DNA of 63,845 nucleotides, counting the filler, from Perkinsus chesapeaki ATCC PRA-425 (lineage: Eukaryota > Protista > Perkinsozoa), in NCBI GenBank assembly GCA_013115145.1. It is 10 parts of 10 records of this genome, joined end to end, with 100 filler letters (N's around TTAATTAATTAA, not from the genome) between each part and the next. Parts side by side here need not be neighbours in the genome. Positions count along the whole stretch, not along the records: positions 11,440 to 29,432 come from JAAPAO010000675.1; 9 more parts are not named here. One strand, given 5' to 3'. The translations under genes and the position numbers were made by a program. The notes below the pieces were generated by a model, which had not been told where the DNA came from, did no database searches, and saw only the letters and a program-made list of their open reading frames with translations. Position 1 is the stretch's first letter. Each line of letters starts with the position of its first letter. Positions 11,955-25,693 of the stretch are shown piece after piece.

Positions 11955-12384
11955 TATTATAATAATAGCAACTGCTATTAACAAATTATTGATAAAAACA
12001 CAATATTATTATGAATACTATTATTATTATAATCATCATCGTTTATATGATGATGATGATGATAGTACGTATTAGTAATGTGATGATATATATTATTACA
12101 GTATACTATTAATAACAACGCTGCAATACTAATAATATCTATAACATTATTAAGCAGCAGTAGTAGTATTATTCAATAATACATAGTCAATGAGCGGGGA
12201 CGCCAATCGCCAATTGTATCATACAACATTAATAATAATAACAACAGCAGCCATCTTATTATCTTCATTATGAAGAAAACAACAATATGAGCAATAACTA
12301 TTTCATTCACCACCATTCTGCATGGTAATAATAATAAGACCATTCGTGTCCCAGTTGCTATTGTCGTATATTATGTAGTAATTA

Positions 12385-13200
12385 TTAGTTTTGATATTTT
12401 AATAATAATGGATATATATTACGGAAAGCATCACTAATATCTTGTCTATTTTTAGCACCAGTAAATACTATTTTACCAGATACAAATATTAATAATGCAA
12501 CTTTAGGTTCAAATAATCTAAATACTAAACCTGGATATAATTCAGGTTCATAACTACAATACGATCTATGTTCATAAGCTAGACCTTCTAATCGTATTGG
12601 AAATCTAACATCTGCTGATGCTACCATGTTTTCAATCTTAAATTTACAGAATTTAGTATTTGGATAACCACTTTTTATAACTATTTTAGCTACTTTTTTA
12701 GCCGCACTTTTAGCTGCATCTTCACTATTACTACCAGTTACCATAACTTTACCAGTACCATATAACATTGCAGTTGCTTTAGGTTCTCTAAATCTTATAA
12801 CAACAGCATTTACTTTACGTGGATTATATTCAGCATTACGTGCTTTAAATGCCACCTTTTTTAAATCAATAATACTATTACTACCACTTCCATCATCCAT
12901 ATTTATAATTAATTCTACTGATGCTATTACATTTTCTAATATTGGATATATACTTTCCGGTATTATATTATTATTATCATCATCATATACAACCATATCA
13001 TTATTATTAACCACCATAATACTACCATTGCCATTAACCTTTTCAACATTATCACCACTATTATCATCTTTCCGTTTATTAACTAATGCTTCTTCTTCTT
13101 CTTCCTCTTCTTCTTGTTGTTGCTGTGTAGTGTATTGTGTTGTAGTTGTTGGTATACAATCCTTATTCAACAAGGAATCTATATCAAAATCATTTAGCAT
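12385..13200 (-). CDS. TBP: TATA-binding protein (divergent)
   Basis: Two TBP repeats: LENVIASV, ARNAEYNP, TGKVMVTG, IENMVASADV.FPIRLEGL, SYEPELYPGL, LLIFVSGK. Probable ATG at 13200. Confidence 0.95.
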   Translation of the reverse strand: MLNDFDIDSLLNKDCIPTTTTQYTTQQQQEEEEEEEEALVNKRKDDNSGDNVEKVNGNGSIMVVNNNDMVVYDDDNNNIIPESIYPILENVIASVELIINMDDGSGSNSIIDLKKVAFKARNAEYNPRKVNAVVIRFREPKATAMLYGTGKVMVTGSNSEDAAKSAAKKVAKIVIKSGYPNTKFCKFKIENMVASADVRFPIRLEGLAYEHRSYCSYEPELYPGLVFRLFEPKVALLIFVSGKIVFTGAKNRQDISDAFRNIYPLLLKYQN

Positions 13201-13736
13201 TATAATAATAATAACTAATAATAAATAATAATATAACAACCCAAAACATGATATATCCCTAGTATATTATCATTATATGCAAACCTTTCTAGTATAATAA
13301 TAAGTAATCTAACATCTACTCATGCTATTAGATTCTCTATCTTAAAATTAATATTAAATTTAATATTATTATTATGTCTAACTTTTTGACTTATAAATTT
13401 ATAAACCTTTTTAGTCATATCTATTGTATATGTACCATTAATAATAAGTTAACCGTTACGATATAAATGTCGTTTTTGGATTACTATTATTATATATCAC
13501 CATTATTAATATCAGGCGATAATGGATGAGTAATACTTGATGTATTCGGTGTTAAAATATCATCCCAAATATTGTCAGACATAATGGAGATATACAAACA
13601 CCAATCCCAACAACAACAACCACTACCCGTCTCCGCCGCCGCCGCCGTATGATGATATCGATTATAATGGCGAGCGCCAATTAGGCTAAAGGGGGGGGTG
13701 GGGGTTGGTTAGCTGGTTGTTATTACTATTGTTATT

Positions 13737-16500
13737 ATGTCTGGAGTTATTGGTATAGATTTGGGTACTGCTGATGCTATTGTTGCATCTGTTGGTAGAG
13801 GTGTTGTTGATATAGTACGTAATGAAGTATCTGAAAGGAAGACACCATGTGTTGTTGGTTTTACATCTAAAAACAGATTAATAGGTAATAATAATAGGTT
13901 GTTATTATGACTATTATGAATAGGTGAATCTGCTATGACATCAATTAAATCTAATTATAAGAATACATGTCGTAATCCTAAACAACTATTGGGTAGATCA
14001 ATTGATGATCCTGAATTAGAAAAAGAGAAATTCTTTCAAATATGTGATAATGCAATTGCTAATGATGGTACTGCTGGTTATAAAGTATCCTATCTTGGTC
14101 AAAATAGAGTATTATCAGCAACTGTAGTTACATCAATGTTATTATCTAAACTTAAAGAGACTGCAGATATATTCACATCATCTAATAGTAAGGATGTTGT
14201 TATTGCGGTGCCATCATATTTTAAAGATTGTCATAGACAAGCAGTATTAGATGCATCACGTATAGCTGGTCTTAATTGTCTAAGAGTAATGAATGATTCA
14301 ACAGCAACAGCATTAGCTTATGGTATATATCGTAGTAATGAATTTAATGATACTAAACCAACTATAGTAGCATTTACATCTGTTGGTGCATCACATTTTG
14401 GTACTTGTATTGTTAAATTTACTAAGAGTCACCTAACTATTATTGGTGAAGCTATTGATACTACTGTTGGTGGTAGATATATTGATAAAGCATTAATGGA
14501 ATATTATGCTAATGAATTTAGTAAGAAGACTGGTGGCTTAAATCCATTAGATAATGCTAAATCAAGATTTAAGTTGGAAGAAGCTGTTAATAAAGTTAAA
14601 AAGATATTATCTGCTAATAATGAAGCAGTATTGGGTATTGAATGTTTATTAGAAGATGAGGACTTAAATGCTATAGTAACACGTGATAAATTAGAAGAAC
14701 TATGTAAACCTATGATTGATAAAATGGTTAATGTTATGAATAAAGCATTAAGTGAAGCAAATGTAAGTAAAGATGAATTAGACTCAGTTGAAATAGTTGG
14801 TGGTGTATCTAGAGTACCATTTATCCAGCATACTATTATTAATACATTTGGTATTAATGATCTATCAAGAACATTAAACGCTGATGAATGTGTTGCTAGA
14901 GGTTGTGCATTGCAGGCTGCTATGTTATCACCGTTATTTAAAGTTCGAGATTTTGCCGTAACTGACTTTATACAAGATGGTATACAAGTTGAATGGAAAG
15001 CAGCAGCATCATCAGCATCAGTAGTTACTGATAATAATAATGATAATACTACTAGTGAAGAAATGGGTGGTGGTGATGATGTTAAAAAGACTGAGGTATT
15101 TCAACCAAGGTCAACACTTAATATGGTTAAAATGTTAACTTTCTACCGTAAAGATCCATTTGAATTATCAGCACACTATTCAACAACATCATCATCGTCA
15201 TCATCATTGGGTAAATATATAATAGAAGTACCTCATAGTGATGTATCTAAAAAGATTAAAGTTAGAGCTAAACTAAGTTTACATGGTATATTTAGCATTG
15301 AGAATGCAGTATTATTAGAGGAAGAAGAATATACTGTTATAGAAAAGGAAAGAAGACCTAAACAACATAAGAAAGAAGAGAATGAGGAGGAGGATGTTAA
15401 TATGCCAGATGCTTCACCTAAGATAGATGATAATAATAATCAAGATGTTAATATGAAGCAAGATGAAGGAACAGCAGAGAAGCAGCAGCAGCAGCAGGAG
15501 CAGGAGGAGGAAGTAATGGCGGAGAGGGTGATAATATTAATAATTTATAATTAGGATAATAATAAAAAGAGAGATGATGAATATGAGGAAGTAGAAGTAA
15601 CGAAGACCAAGACAAGAACTAAGAAGACTGATATACCTATTAAACGTAATAATAATTATTACTTCAAGCAACAGCAACAACAACAACATTGTTATTGTTG
15701 TTACAAATGACAGGTTATGGTGTACCTGGGATGACAGATGAACAACTTGATATTGCTGAAAATGATGAGACTAAAATGAAAAGTATAGATAAAGAAGTAT
15801 CTGAAACTGATGAGAAAAGGAATGAATTGGAAAGTTATGTATTTGAAAGCAGGTAATAATAATAATAGTTTATATGTGTTATATAGTTGTTGTTATTATT
15901 AGGGATAAGATAAGCTCACCGTCATCTAAATGGTATGATTATTTAAGTGAATCTCAAAGAGATGAATTATCTAATATACTTATGAAAACTGAGGATTGGA
16001 TATATGATAATTATGATGCTAGTAAAGCTGAATATATGGATAAATTAATTGATATACGTAAATTGGGTGATGAAGCTGATAGAAGATTGATAGAGGCATC
16101 ATTAAGACCGGAAGCTGAAGCAACAGCTCAAGATACAATACAAAAATATAGATCATTAATCCAATCACCTGATAAGAGTTATATATCTAATGATAGTAAA
16201 GAATATATTATTAATGAATGTAATAAGCTGGAATCATGGTTATCCCAACATAAAGCATTACAAGCCCGTCAAGCATTATATATTAATCCAGTTTATACTG
16301 TTAATGAGCTTAATTCTAAAACACAATCGCTTATTAAAGTGGCTGATGGTATATTATCTCAACCTCCCCCAACTACTTCAACAACTCCAACTCCTACTAC
16401 TAATAACAATGGCTCATGTAATCCAACAATAGATGAGGTTGATGATTCTAGTAGTGCATCAGATGATAAGGATAATAATAATGATATGGATGTTGATTAA
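13737..16500 (+). CDS. HSP110: Hsp110/SSE-type Hsp70-family chaperone (multi-exon)
   Basis: MSGVIGIDLG, RNEVSERKTP, EIVGGVSRVP, TLNADECVARGCALQAAMLSP..KVRDF, acidic loop and C-terminal MDVD. Introns include 13885-13923 and 15513-15554. Confidence 0.92.
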
Positions 16501-16700
16501 TTATTATCTTGTTACTACTATTATTGTTTCTATTAACCTAAGTATATAGATGATTATTATTAATCATTATGATGTAATAATAAATACACACCACCTACAC
16601 CGTTGCCGTATTACTGTTAATAATAACAAATACCTATAATAGAAATATTATTGTGTTAAAAGTATATATATTATTATTCAGTATTAATACTATTATTATA

Positions 16701-17801
16701 ATGATGGTATCTAATAATAAATTACTCGATATATCATTATTTAATACACCATTAGAAGCATATAATTATTATTTTAATATTTATATAAAAGCTTCACATC
16801 GTGAATTAATAACTATTGATAATAGAAATGATGATAAAACGTGTGGAGGAATGGAATGGAAAGATATTTATAATACATTTATTATGTTACAGGATAAATT
16901 GAATCAAGAAGGATATGCATCATTTATATCTAATGATTATGATGATATTGATGAAACTCACACTTGTTGTATTCCTACTTTAGCAATAAAATATATTATT
17001 GGGGATTGTATAGAACATTATATTGATGGGGATATTAATATTAGAAGTATTAATAATTTAAGTAAAGTTAATAATTATTATAAAGAATATATATCTATTA
17101 TTAAAAGATTGAAAATAATAAACGATAATGATAAATATTTATTAAATACTGGTGATGATCGAGATGCTAAAATAGATAGAAGAAGAAAAGAAAAACAATT
17201 GAAAGAAAAGTATTTAAATAAAGATTATTATATTAATAGAAATGATGAAGAAGGATTGAGGGATAGTTATGTATCCCTTTTATTATATTTTACATTATTA
17301 GCTGTTGACCAAGTTAGAATTATTAATTTTGAGATTGAATGTTTAAAAGAGAGAGATAAAGTATCTAAAGTTGATAATAATATTAAAGATAATAATAGTA
17401 AAGATAATGAAGTAGATAAGAAACAACATGAACCGTGGGTTATACGATTCGATAATAATAATAATAATAATCAAATGATGAATAGGATGAATATTAAAGA
17501 ACAAGTGTTTAGGTAATAATAATAATAATATATATTATAATCAACAATTAGGCCTGATATATCTATGCCAACTATGACACTCGATGAATGGGCTAAAATA
17601 GAAATGCAGCAGCAAGACAGAAGAATGATTAAATCTAATAACAATATACCAAATGAAGGGTATATAGGTGATAATAGTGACGAGGGGGAGGAGGAGGAGG
17701 ATTACGAGGATGAAGGAGCTGAAACAAAGGCACGTAATTGGGATGATTGGAAAGATGACCATCCAAAAGGCTTAGGAAATAAAATGACTAATATAGGTTA
17801 A
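16701..17801 (+). CDS. TAP42: TAP42/alpha4 (IGBP1) PP2A-associated protein
   Basis: RDAKI...K, then VFR|PDISMPTMTLDEWA across the 39-nt intron 17513-17551, and C-terminal KARNWDDWKDDHPKGLGN. Confidence 0.85.
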
Positions 17802-17973
17802 TATTAACCATTCTGTATATTAATCAAATATTGTGTTATAATAGTACATTAAATAATATTAACAACAAGACAACAATTCAATAATAATATGTAAAACTAT
17901 TATTAATAACATTAAACATATGAAACTATTATTGTATTGGTGTTGTTGTATGGACTCAAGTCCTATGTAAAAA

Positions 17974-19257
17974 CTAACTCGTTCGTAACTTGTTATTATT
18001 AGATGTTTTCTTAACATTATCTTCATTCTCATAAACAATAACTCTATTTTTATGAAATTTATATGCTTCTTCACTTCCTCTAGTAGCATCACCTTTAGTA
18101 TATGAATGTTTACCAGAACCAGCTAAATTACCATTATTAACAATAAGATATTCATTACGTATTGGTTTATTATTAAAATAAGATTCTAATATTTCAGCAG
18201 TACCGGCAGCATAACGTGTTTGAGCTGATAATGTAGTACCACTTACATGTGGTGTCATAGCATGGTGTGGCATATGTCTCCATGGATGATTATCAGGGGC
18301 AGGTTGTGGAAACCATACATCACCAGCATAACCACCAAGATGACCATTCTCTAATGCATCTCTAATAGCATCTCTATCACATATTTTACCTCTAGCAGTA
18401 TTAACTATATATGATCCTCTTTTCATTTTATTAATAAGCTCTTTATTAAATAAATGTTCAGTTTGTGGATGTAATGGACAATTAATAGTAACAACATCAC
18501 ATACTTTAACCATATCTTCAATATTTTTATGATAAGTTAAACCAAGTTCTTTTTCAATATCATCTGATAAACGATAATTATCAGTATAATGTAAATGTAC
18601 GTCAAAGGGTTTTAAACGTCTTAATACAGCAATACCAATTCTACCAGCAGCAACTGTACCAATATGCATACCTTCAATATCATATGATCTAGATACACAA
18701 TCAGCAATATTCCAACCACCTTCAATAACTGTTTTATAACAAGGTATATAATTACGTACTAGACTTAATATAAGCATAATCACATGTTCACTAACTGATA
18801 TAGAGTTTGAATATGTAACTTCAGCAACAGTAACATTATTATTACAAGCAGCTTCTAAATCAATATGGTCTGATCCTATACCAGCAGTAATACATAGTTT
18901 TAACTTATGTGCCATATTGAAACGTTCTTTAGTCATATAAGCTGGCCAAAATGGTTGGCTAATAACAACAACTGCATCTTTTAAATGTTTTTCAAATTCA
19001 CAATTATCACCATCTTTATCAGAAGTTACTACAAGTTCATAACCATATTTTTCAACTAATTTCCTAATACCAAGTTCACCAGATACAGAACCAAGTAATA
19101 TACCAGGTTTAAAATATGTATCTTTATTTGTTATAATAGGTGCTTTTTGACCATCTGGATATACTTCAATATTAGGTATATCATCTCTTGGATACATATG
19201 AGGATAACCATTAATAGGATCATCATATAATACACATAATACTTTACCACTACTCAT
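17974..19257 (-). CDS. fdh: NAD-dependent formate dehydrogenase, bacterial type
   Basis: KVLCVLYDDP, GSVSGELG, ISQPFWPAY, TAGIGSDH, AAGRIG, INCPLHP, NTARG, GDVWFPQPAP, HVSGT. Intronless, 427 aa. Confidence 0.97.
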   Translation of the reverse strand: MSSGKVLCVLYDDPINGYPHMYPRDDIPNIEVYPDGQKAPIITNKDTYFKPGILLGSVSGELGIRKLVEKYGYELVVTSDKDGDNCEFEKHLKDAVVVISQPFWPAYMTKERFNMAHKLKLCITAGIGSDHIDLEAACNNNVTVAEVTYSNSISVSEHVIMLILSLVRNYIPCYKTVIEGGWNIADCVSRSYDIEGMHIGTVAAGRIGIAVLRRLKPFDVHLHYTDNYRLSDDIEKELGLTYHKNIEDMVKVCDVVTINCPLHPQTEHLFNKELINKMKRGSYIVNTARGKICDRDAIRDALENGHLGGYAGDVWFPQPAPDNHPWRHMPHHAMTPHVSGTTLSAQTRYAAGTAEILESYFNNKPIRNEYLIVNNGNLAGSGKHSYTKGDATRGSEEAYKFHKNRVIVYENEDNVKKTSNNNKLRTS

Positions 19258-19445
19258 CAGATATAGACTCTATATTAGTTCAGGGGGAGTAGGAGGTCGG
19301 CCTGGAGGTTCCTGTATATGCGTGCAACTTTGATTATTACGCCATTGTAATCGATGTAATTATCGCTACGACATTTATTAATTCAGATTCGCCCTATTGT
19401 GCTCATTTGTAATTCCTTAACCCCACAGGTTCCAGTACCTTGATT

Positions 19446-20417
19446 ATGATGAATAATAATAACATAAGACTAATATTATTATGCATATCAATGATAACAA
19501 TAAGGTAATATTATTATCGTATATTAATAATAATATTAATATTAGTTTATTTGGCTGTGGATGTTATTCATATGGTGGTTTAAATGTTAGAAGACCAGAA
19601 GGATCTCATAAGATATTAGAAGCTGAAGCCGCACCTAGAGTAATAATAATATATACATTAATTATTATTTATTAATTAGGTTAATGAAGATCGTTGTTAT
19701 GCTGATATATTTAATATGCATGTTGTATTTAATAGAGTAAAAGGTGATGATATTTATTATGAAGGTGTTGAAATTAAATGTGATAATCATGCGGTACCAT
19801 TTATTGATATTGAAGGTTATTCAATAATGAGAGATAATATATTACGTAATAATTATTTATATATATTTTATTAATTATCATCATCAGGTGTTAATGCTGA
19901 TAATTGTAATGATGTTTATAATGCTTATCATCGTGGTGATAAATTAGCATCTATACCAACTTCACAATTATATTATGAATTACAAGTATTATTTAAGAAT
20001 ATGGAGACTATATGTACAACAAGTAAAGCAACAACCTTATCTTCCTCCTCCTCTTCCAATATATTACCACCAATTGATGGCTCATTATGTAATATACAAT
20101 TACCTTATATGAATGATAAAGGTTATGTTACATTAAAATACTCACAATATAATAATGGTTATATGTTTCATAACGGTTATTGTCTTGATAAGCCTATCGA
20201 TGGTGATAAATTTATTATGTATTCCCGTATTAGTAAAAAAGGGCGTAATAATAATGCTGATATACCATTTATATATATGGGTATGGTTATGTCATGTAAT
20301 GTTATTACTAATGTCATTAATGCTCCTATTATATTAGGATATAATAACGATAATACTTTACCAACATTAAATAGTAGAGAGATGGCCGGTTTATGTAATA
20401 AATTAACAACAATTTAA
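19446..20417 (+). CDS. Hypothetical secreted protein (4 exons)
   Basis: The spliced N-terminus MMNNNNIRLILLCISMITI|SLFGCGCYSYGG is signal-like. Three phase-consistent short introns join to the 20001..20417 ORF. Confidence 0.55.
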
Positions 20418-20557
20418 TAATTATTTATAAACATGTTTGATAATCATGTTATGTTGATAATGTTGTTATGTTGTTATATATTATGTATTGTATTAATAAA
20501 TCTTAATTAATACTATAACAAAACTAATTATTAACTTATTATTATTACTTGCACCGT

Positions 20558-21577
20558 TTAACAAAACGATCCTGTGGGATTGTCGGCCCTATTATCTTTC
20601 TTTTATTGTCTTTTATTATTATCGTTGATGATGATGCATGAGGTGATGCATAATCTTTAGTATCTTATGTACAATAATACTTATTATTAATATTAATATT
20701 ACCTTTTAATTTATCAGATAATTTAATAAGTTGTCTTGTAAATGATTCATTAGGCATTGATTCACTTCTGATATTTTGTATTACTTCTAATGCTTTATTA
20801 TAAGTATATTTATAATATCTAATAATAATACATATATGTAGGACATTATCTAATAATGATATTACTTAATTAAATAGCTTATAACAATACTTACTGATCT
20901 TGATTGTCCCCAATTACAGTGTATTAATAACTAATAATAATAATTATTACTAATAATATTATTATATATTAATACATTTCCATCTTGCCTTATATTACAT
21001 TTCTCAATAAAATCCCAAGCTGTATTATACCTATAATAATACTATTATCATATCATCATCATAATCTTTAAAACCACTACCACCACTACCATCCCGTACC
21101 GTATATTACCATATATTAAGACTTTCAGTACCATTATCTTGCATAGGTAATCTACAATATTCTATATTATTATCTTTATAATAATAATTCGATATTCCAC
21201 CTTCTCTTTTAGTTGGCGTACAGTTTAGTATCTACTACTACTATCATCAATACTACTATCATCAATATTATATCAATAATATTATATAATAATACATATT
21301 TAATATTATGTTTTTTAATATTTCTTATATCCTTTGCCATATATTTATCACCAAAATACAACCACGGCATATTAATCTACTAATAATTGTAACAATCGAA
21401 TAACAACAACAACAACAATTAATAATTTATTATTACATTTTTTAATGAGGATGAATTAAATGAAGTTCTTTTCGTAGTTGTTGTTGTTGTTGTTGTTGTT
21501 GATGATGATGATGATGATGATGATGATGCACTATCATTATTATTAGGCACCGTAGTAATATTTTTATTATTTAACAT
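20558..21577 (-). CDS. Dual-specificity protein phosphatase (multi-exon)
   Basis: Manual translation gives MPWLYFGDKYMAKD, active site LIHCNWGQSRS (HCxxGxSRS) and ALEVIQNIRSESMPNESFTRQL. Confidence 0.8.
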
Positions 21578-21730
21578 TATGATAACAATAATAATAGTAA
21601 CAACTGATAATTATTATTATACGACTAATAATATTAACACTAAATATTATTATTACTATTATTAATGTTACATATTATTATTATTATTAGTTAATAACCA
21701 ATACTCAACCTTAATCTTATACTCATTTCT

Positions 21731-24700
21731 TTATCTTTCTTCTATCTCTTTAACTTTCTTCATAACTGCTTTTAATTGCGCAGTTTCCCCCATTTTACAT
21801 TTCTTCTTACCCCTATCATCTCCTTCATTATTATTGGATCTATTAATATAGATGGTGATAATAATAGTAGTATAATAATATGAATTATATTATTTACCTT
21901 CTTTTATTATTATTTAATATATCTTTACTAATACCAACATCATGACCAAATCCTTTTAATTCACCATAATTAACATAACATTCATCATAATCTCCACCAC
22001 TCATAAAATCTAATAATAGATAATAATAATAATAATAAACTAAACCATATTCAATATCAACAGTTAATAGTTAATAAATCATCGTCATCATCTATTCCAT
22101 CACCACCATTCTCACCTCCTCTTCCTCCTCCTCCTCCTTGTTGTTGTTGGCTTATTATTCGTTTCGCTACTAAATGTTTATGAACTGCTTCTGTTAATTT
22201 ATTAACTAACATATTATTAATTATAAAATATTATTATAACAATATTATTACTACCTTCGTTATTATCCATTATTTCACTGCTATTGCTATGCCCTATCAT
22301 CGTTTTATCAAAGTAGGAATTATTATTATTATTATTATTAGCTCCACTATTATCTTCTATATTATTCTTATCCCAAATCTACTTCCATATTTTATACATA
22401 TATTCATACTATCCATTATTACTTTATCATCATTATTATTATCCTCATTATTATTATCTTCAAATATATTTACATTATTATCTACTACTACTACAGTATC
22501 ATCATCCTTTCTATTATCTTTTGATTGACTTATAATCGATACTCTATTTTTATAATAATCATCCTTATCATTATCATCATCTTCTTTACCATCATAATCA
22601 CCACCTTTTCTTTTGTATATCGTATTATTATTTTTATTACGCCTTAATGTACTACTAGTGGCTTGTGTTAATATATCTTCATTATATCTGATCATGATGA
22701 TATAATAATAGTAATAATAATAATAAATATTAATAATGTCATCATTATCATATATATCACACCTGGATACATATAATTTATTATCATCCTCTTCTCTATT
22801 ATTATTATATTTTGTAACTGATTCATAAATCTCAATAGGTATTATATCTTCATTATCGTTTGGATCTATATTCATTTTATAATAACATGTACCATTAATA
22901 AACCTATTAATAACATAATAATATCAGCAACAAAAACATGAGCAGTAATTACTTTTTTGATGATCCTTTTATTTTAGCATTGATACTCATTTCACCTATC
23001 ATTTTAGTCTGTTTTTGAATAATATATTTAATACCATATCTATTCGGATGTAATTGTCCAAATAATACTCTAAAAGAACAATAGACAATAATTATAATAC
23101 TAATGTTAAATATTATAATATTATCACTTCTCAATACCTCTACCCATAATTGTCCTTATACCACCACCACCATTATTAATAATACCCCTTCCATCAACTA
23201 CTTTATCAACTCTCATCGGCATCTGCTGCTGTTCTTCTTCTTCTTGTTTATTATTTATTAATTGTTGTTTTATTCTATTTGCTAATTGTATATCTAATCC
23301 TTTAACTAAATGTGTTGTACTCTCATCACCACCAAGATACATTGATTCGTTAACAGTTAACTTTTTATACTTTTCCCAATCAGCTTCAGCAGCATTAACT
23401 TCATTAGATATACCTAGTAATAATACTATAATAATAATTATATAATAATTGAACTATAATAATAATAATTATATAATAATAGTATAATAATAATTATATA
23501 ATAATAGTATAATAATAATTATATAATAATAGTAACAAACACTGACCTCGAATAGATTGGGAAGAATATCAAACCAGAAATCAAATGGGTAGGAATCTGG
23601 CTGAATCCCAGAGGAACTTGGAGACAACAGGTGGAGCATGCACTTGGAAAAGGTAAACGGGTTACCCTATGTCTTCTTAGAAGTATCATAGGACGAGACA
23701 GAAACATTGACCCAAAGCTTGCTATACTCGGGTGGAAAACACACGTATTACCCACTATACTCTATGGCTGTGAAATATGGGGCCAAGTGGCCAAATACAA
23801 ATGGTACATTAACAAATGTACCCAACTAGAAGCCACCTTCGGGCGGCTTCTCTTTGGTATGGTAAAAACTGCTCCGACCGCCCTAGCCGCAAAACTGCTA
23901 GCAACCCTGGTAGAACCAATCTGGGTACACACCAGGCTTCGATATGTCCGAGCCAAGCTACACAAAATTCGACCTGAACCACACCAGGCAACACCCAGTC
24001 TGCTAACCACCCTCAAGAACTGGGGAGTCACGAGCATCACAGATAGGGAGGTATACAACCTACCCAACACTGTACACGTAAACCCGGAAAATCTAGAAAG
24101 AATTCATACAGTGATAGAGAAAGGAGATCCACCCACCATAGAAGTACGGGGAAACACAAACTTGTATTTCTTGTCGGATGGATCAGTCATAGATAAAGGG
24201 AACGTGTCCTCTGCCAAGACTGGAGCAGGCACGATCCTCTATGCTCCAGAGGAACCACTAGGTTTTGAGGGACGTGCATATTACACAGGAGAATAAACCA
24301 ACATAGCTCAATGTGAGCTAGTTGGATGAGTTGAACGATCGCTGGTCTGGGCCAACGAAATCGCTGAGACACGGGTGGATCTCAAAAACCTATATATCTG
24401 CCTAGACTCGCAGGCCGCACTCCGAGCAATACAGAGTGCCCTACACAATTCTGATTGCACTGAACTTACCCTGGATATTGTGAAGCAGACACACAAATGG
24501 CTGGAGGCCCGCGACAGGAGGGTACACTACTGGTGGGTGCGTGGACACTGTGGACACATTTACAATGAGCTCAGTGATATATTCGCTGGCCGAGCGGCTA
24601 GAGGGGTGGCTCACCCCATCCCACGACAGGTTAGGAAACCCCTATCCTTCACGAAACTTCAGATAACTTGCATGGCGCACCACGAGATGGAGGAGACCTG

Positions 24701-25679
24701 GCGGAAACAGAGTAACAGCCTTCTCGCAGTCTCCTCCAGAATAGGCCTAGGCCTCGTTGGGCGTACTACCCAATTGGGAAAGAAGCTGGCAGTGAAGACG
24801 CTCGGATGGAAAGCCGAAGATCGGCGACGAATCTTCGAGCTCCTCACATTCCACAGCAATACAAAAGGATATAAACAACACTTCACCAATGAAACATTGG
24901 ACACGCGCTGTAGGTACTGTAAAGACTACAGAGAAGACATGGCTCATTTCTTCTGGTGTCCGTCGGTGAAACTTACGAAACTCAGAGAAGAAATATGGAT
25001 AGACAAAAAGTTTACTCGTCCCCTATCTGGAGAGCGCATTGCCATCGGAATGGCGCTCATCCGTGACTCCATTGTTGGAGAAGGTAGAGGACTCTACAGA
25101 GTGCGACGATTCCTCAGGATAGTTGCCCCAGTATGGGGAGAACCAAGAATGGAAAAGAGTGGTGTGGACCCACTGCTGCATCCTGGACCGCAGTAAAGGT
25201 AAAGTTGAAACTATCACGGTTGGTATAAACAGTAAGCGGATGTGAGATCTATATCCGAATGGCATCGTGTACACTGCTGCCGGAGGCCACATACCCATAC
25301 TGCCTAGCAGGAGATGCTGTGTCTCCAGATAAATAATATAAAAATATAATAATAGTATTTCAACCATATGCGTATTACCTTTTTTCCGTTCTAATACTCT
25401 ATCTCTATAACCAAGACTTGCAATGTTAATAACATCACCACCCAGCTCATCATCTTTATCATCTACTACTGCAGTATTATTGTTATTATTGGCTTTATTT
25501 ATTGCTCTTTGCCTTAATCTATATCTGAATAATAATATAATAATAATAATTGCATTCAGTAATAATAATCACTTTTCTTTTTTCTTAGCTTGTATTAATC
25601 TTTTCTTATTTTTAGCATCCTCTTCAGCTTTATTATCTTCCAATAATTTATTACGAAATGCATCATTACTTGATATCAT
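21731..25679 (-). CDS. IK: RED/IK spliceosomal protein (multi-exon)
   Basis: MISSNDAFRNKLL, GYRDRVLERKK|G, YLGGDESTTHLVKGLD and GGDYDECY match RED-family motifs. Intron 25378-23414 holds a retroelement. Confidence 0.8.
23535..25343 (+). mobile_element. 5'-truncated non-LTR retrotransposon (RT end - RNase H - CCHC) inside a RED intron
   Basis: IKWVGIWLN (RT end), YFLSDGS, QCELVG, ICLDSQAAL, WWVRGHCGHIYNELSD and CRYC...HFFWC. In-frame stops at 23553, 24294 and 24327. Flanked by the 14-bp duplication ATATAATAATAGTA (23521-23534 and 25344-25357). Confidence 0.88.
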
Positions 25680-25693
25680 AATAATAATAACTA

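Noticed and set aside
12244-12258. ACAGCAGCCATCTT resembling the 5' part of the spliced leader
   Set aside because: The match stops after 14 nt, lies in CAG-repeat context and is antisense to the local genes.
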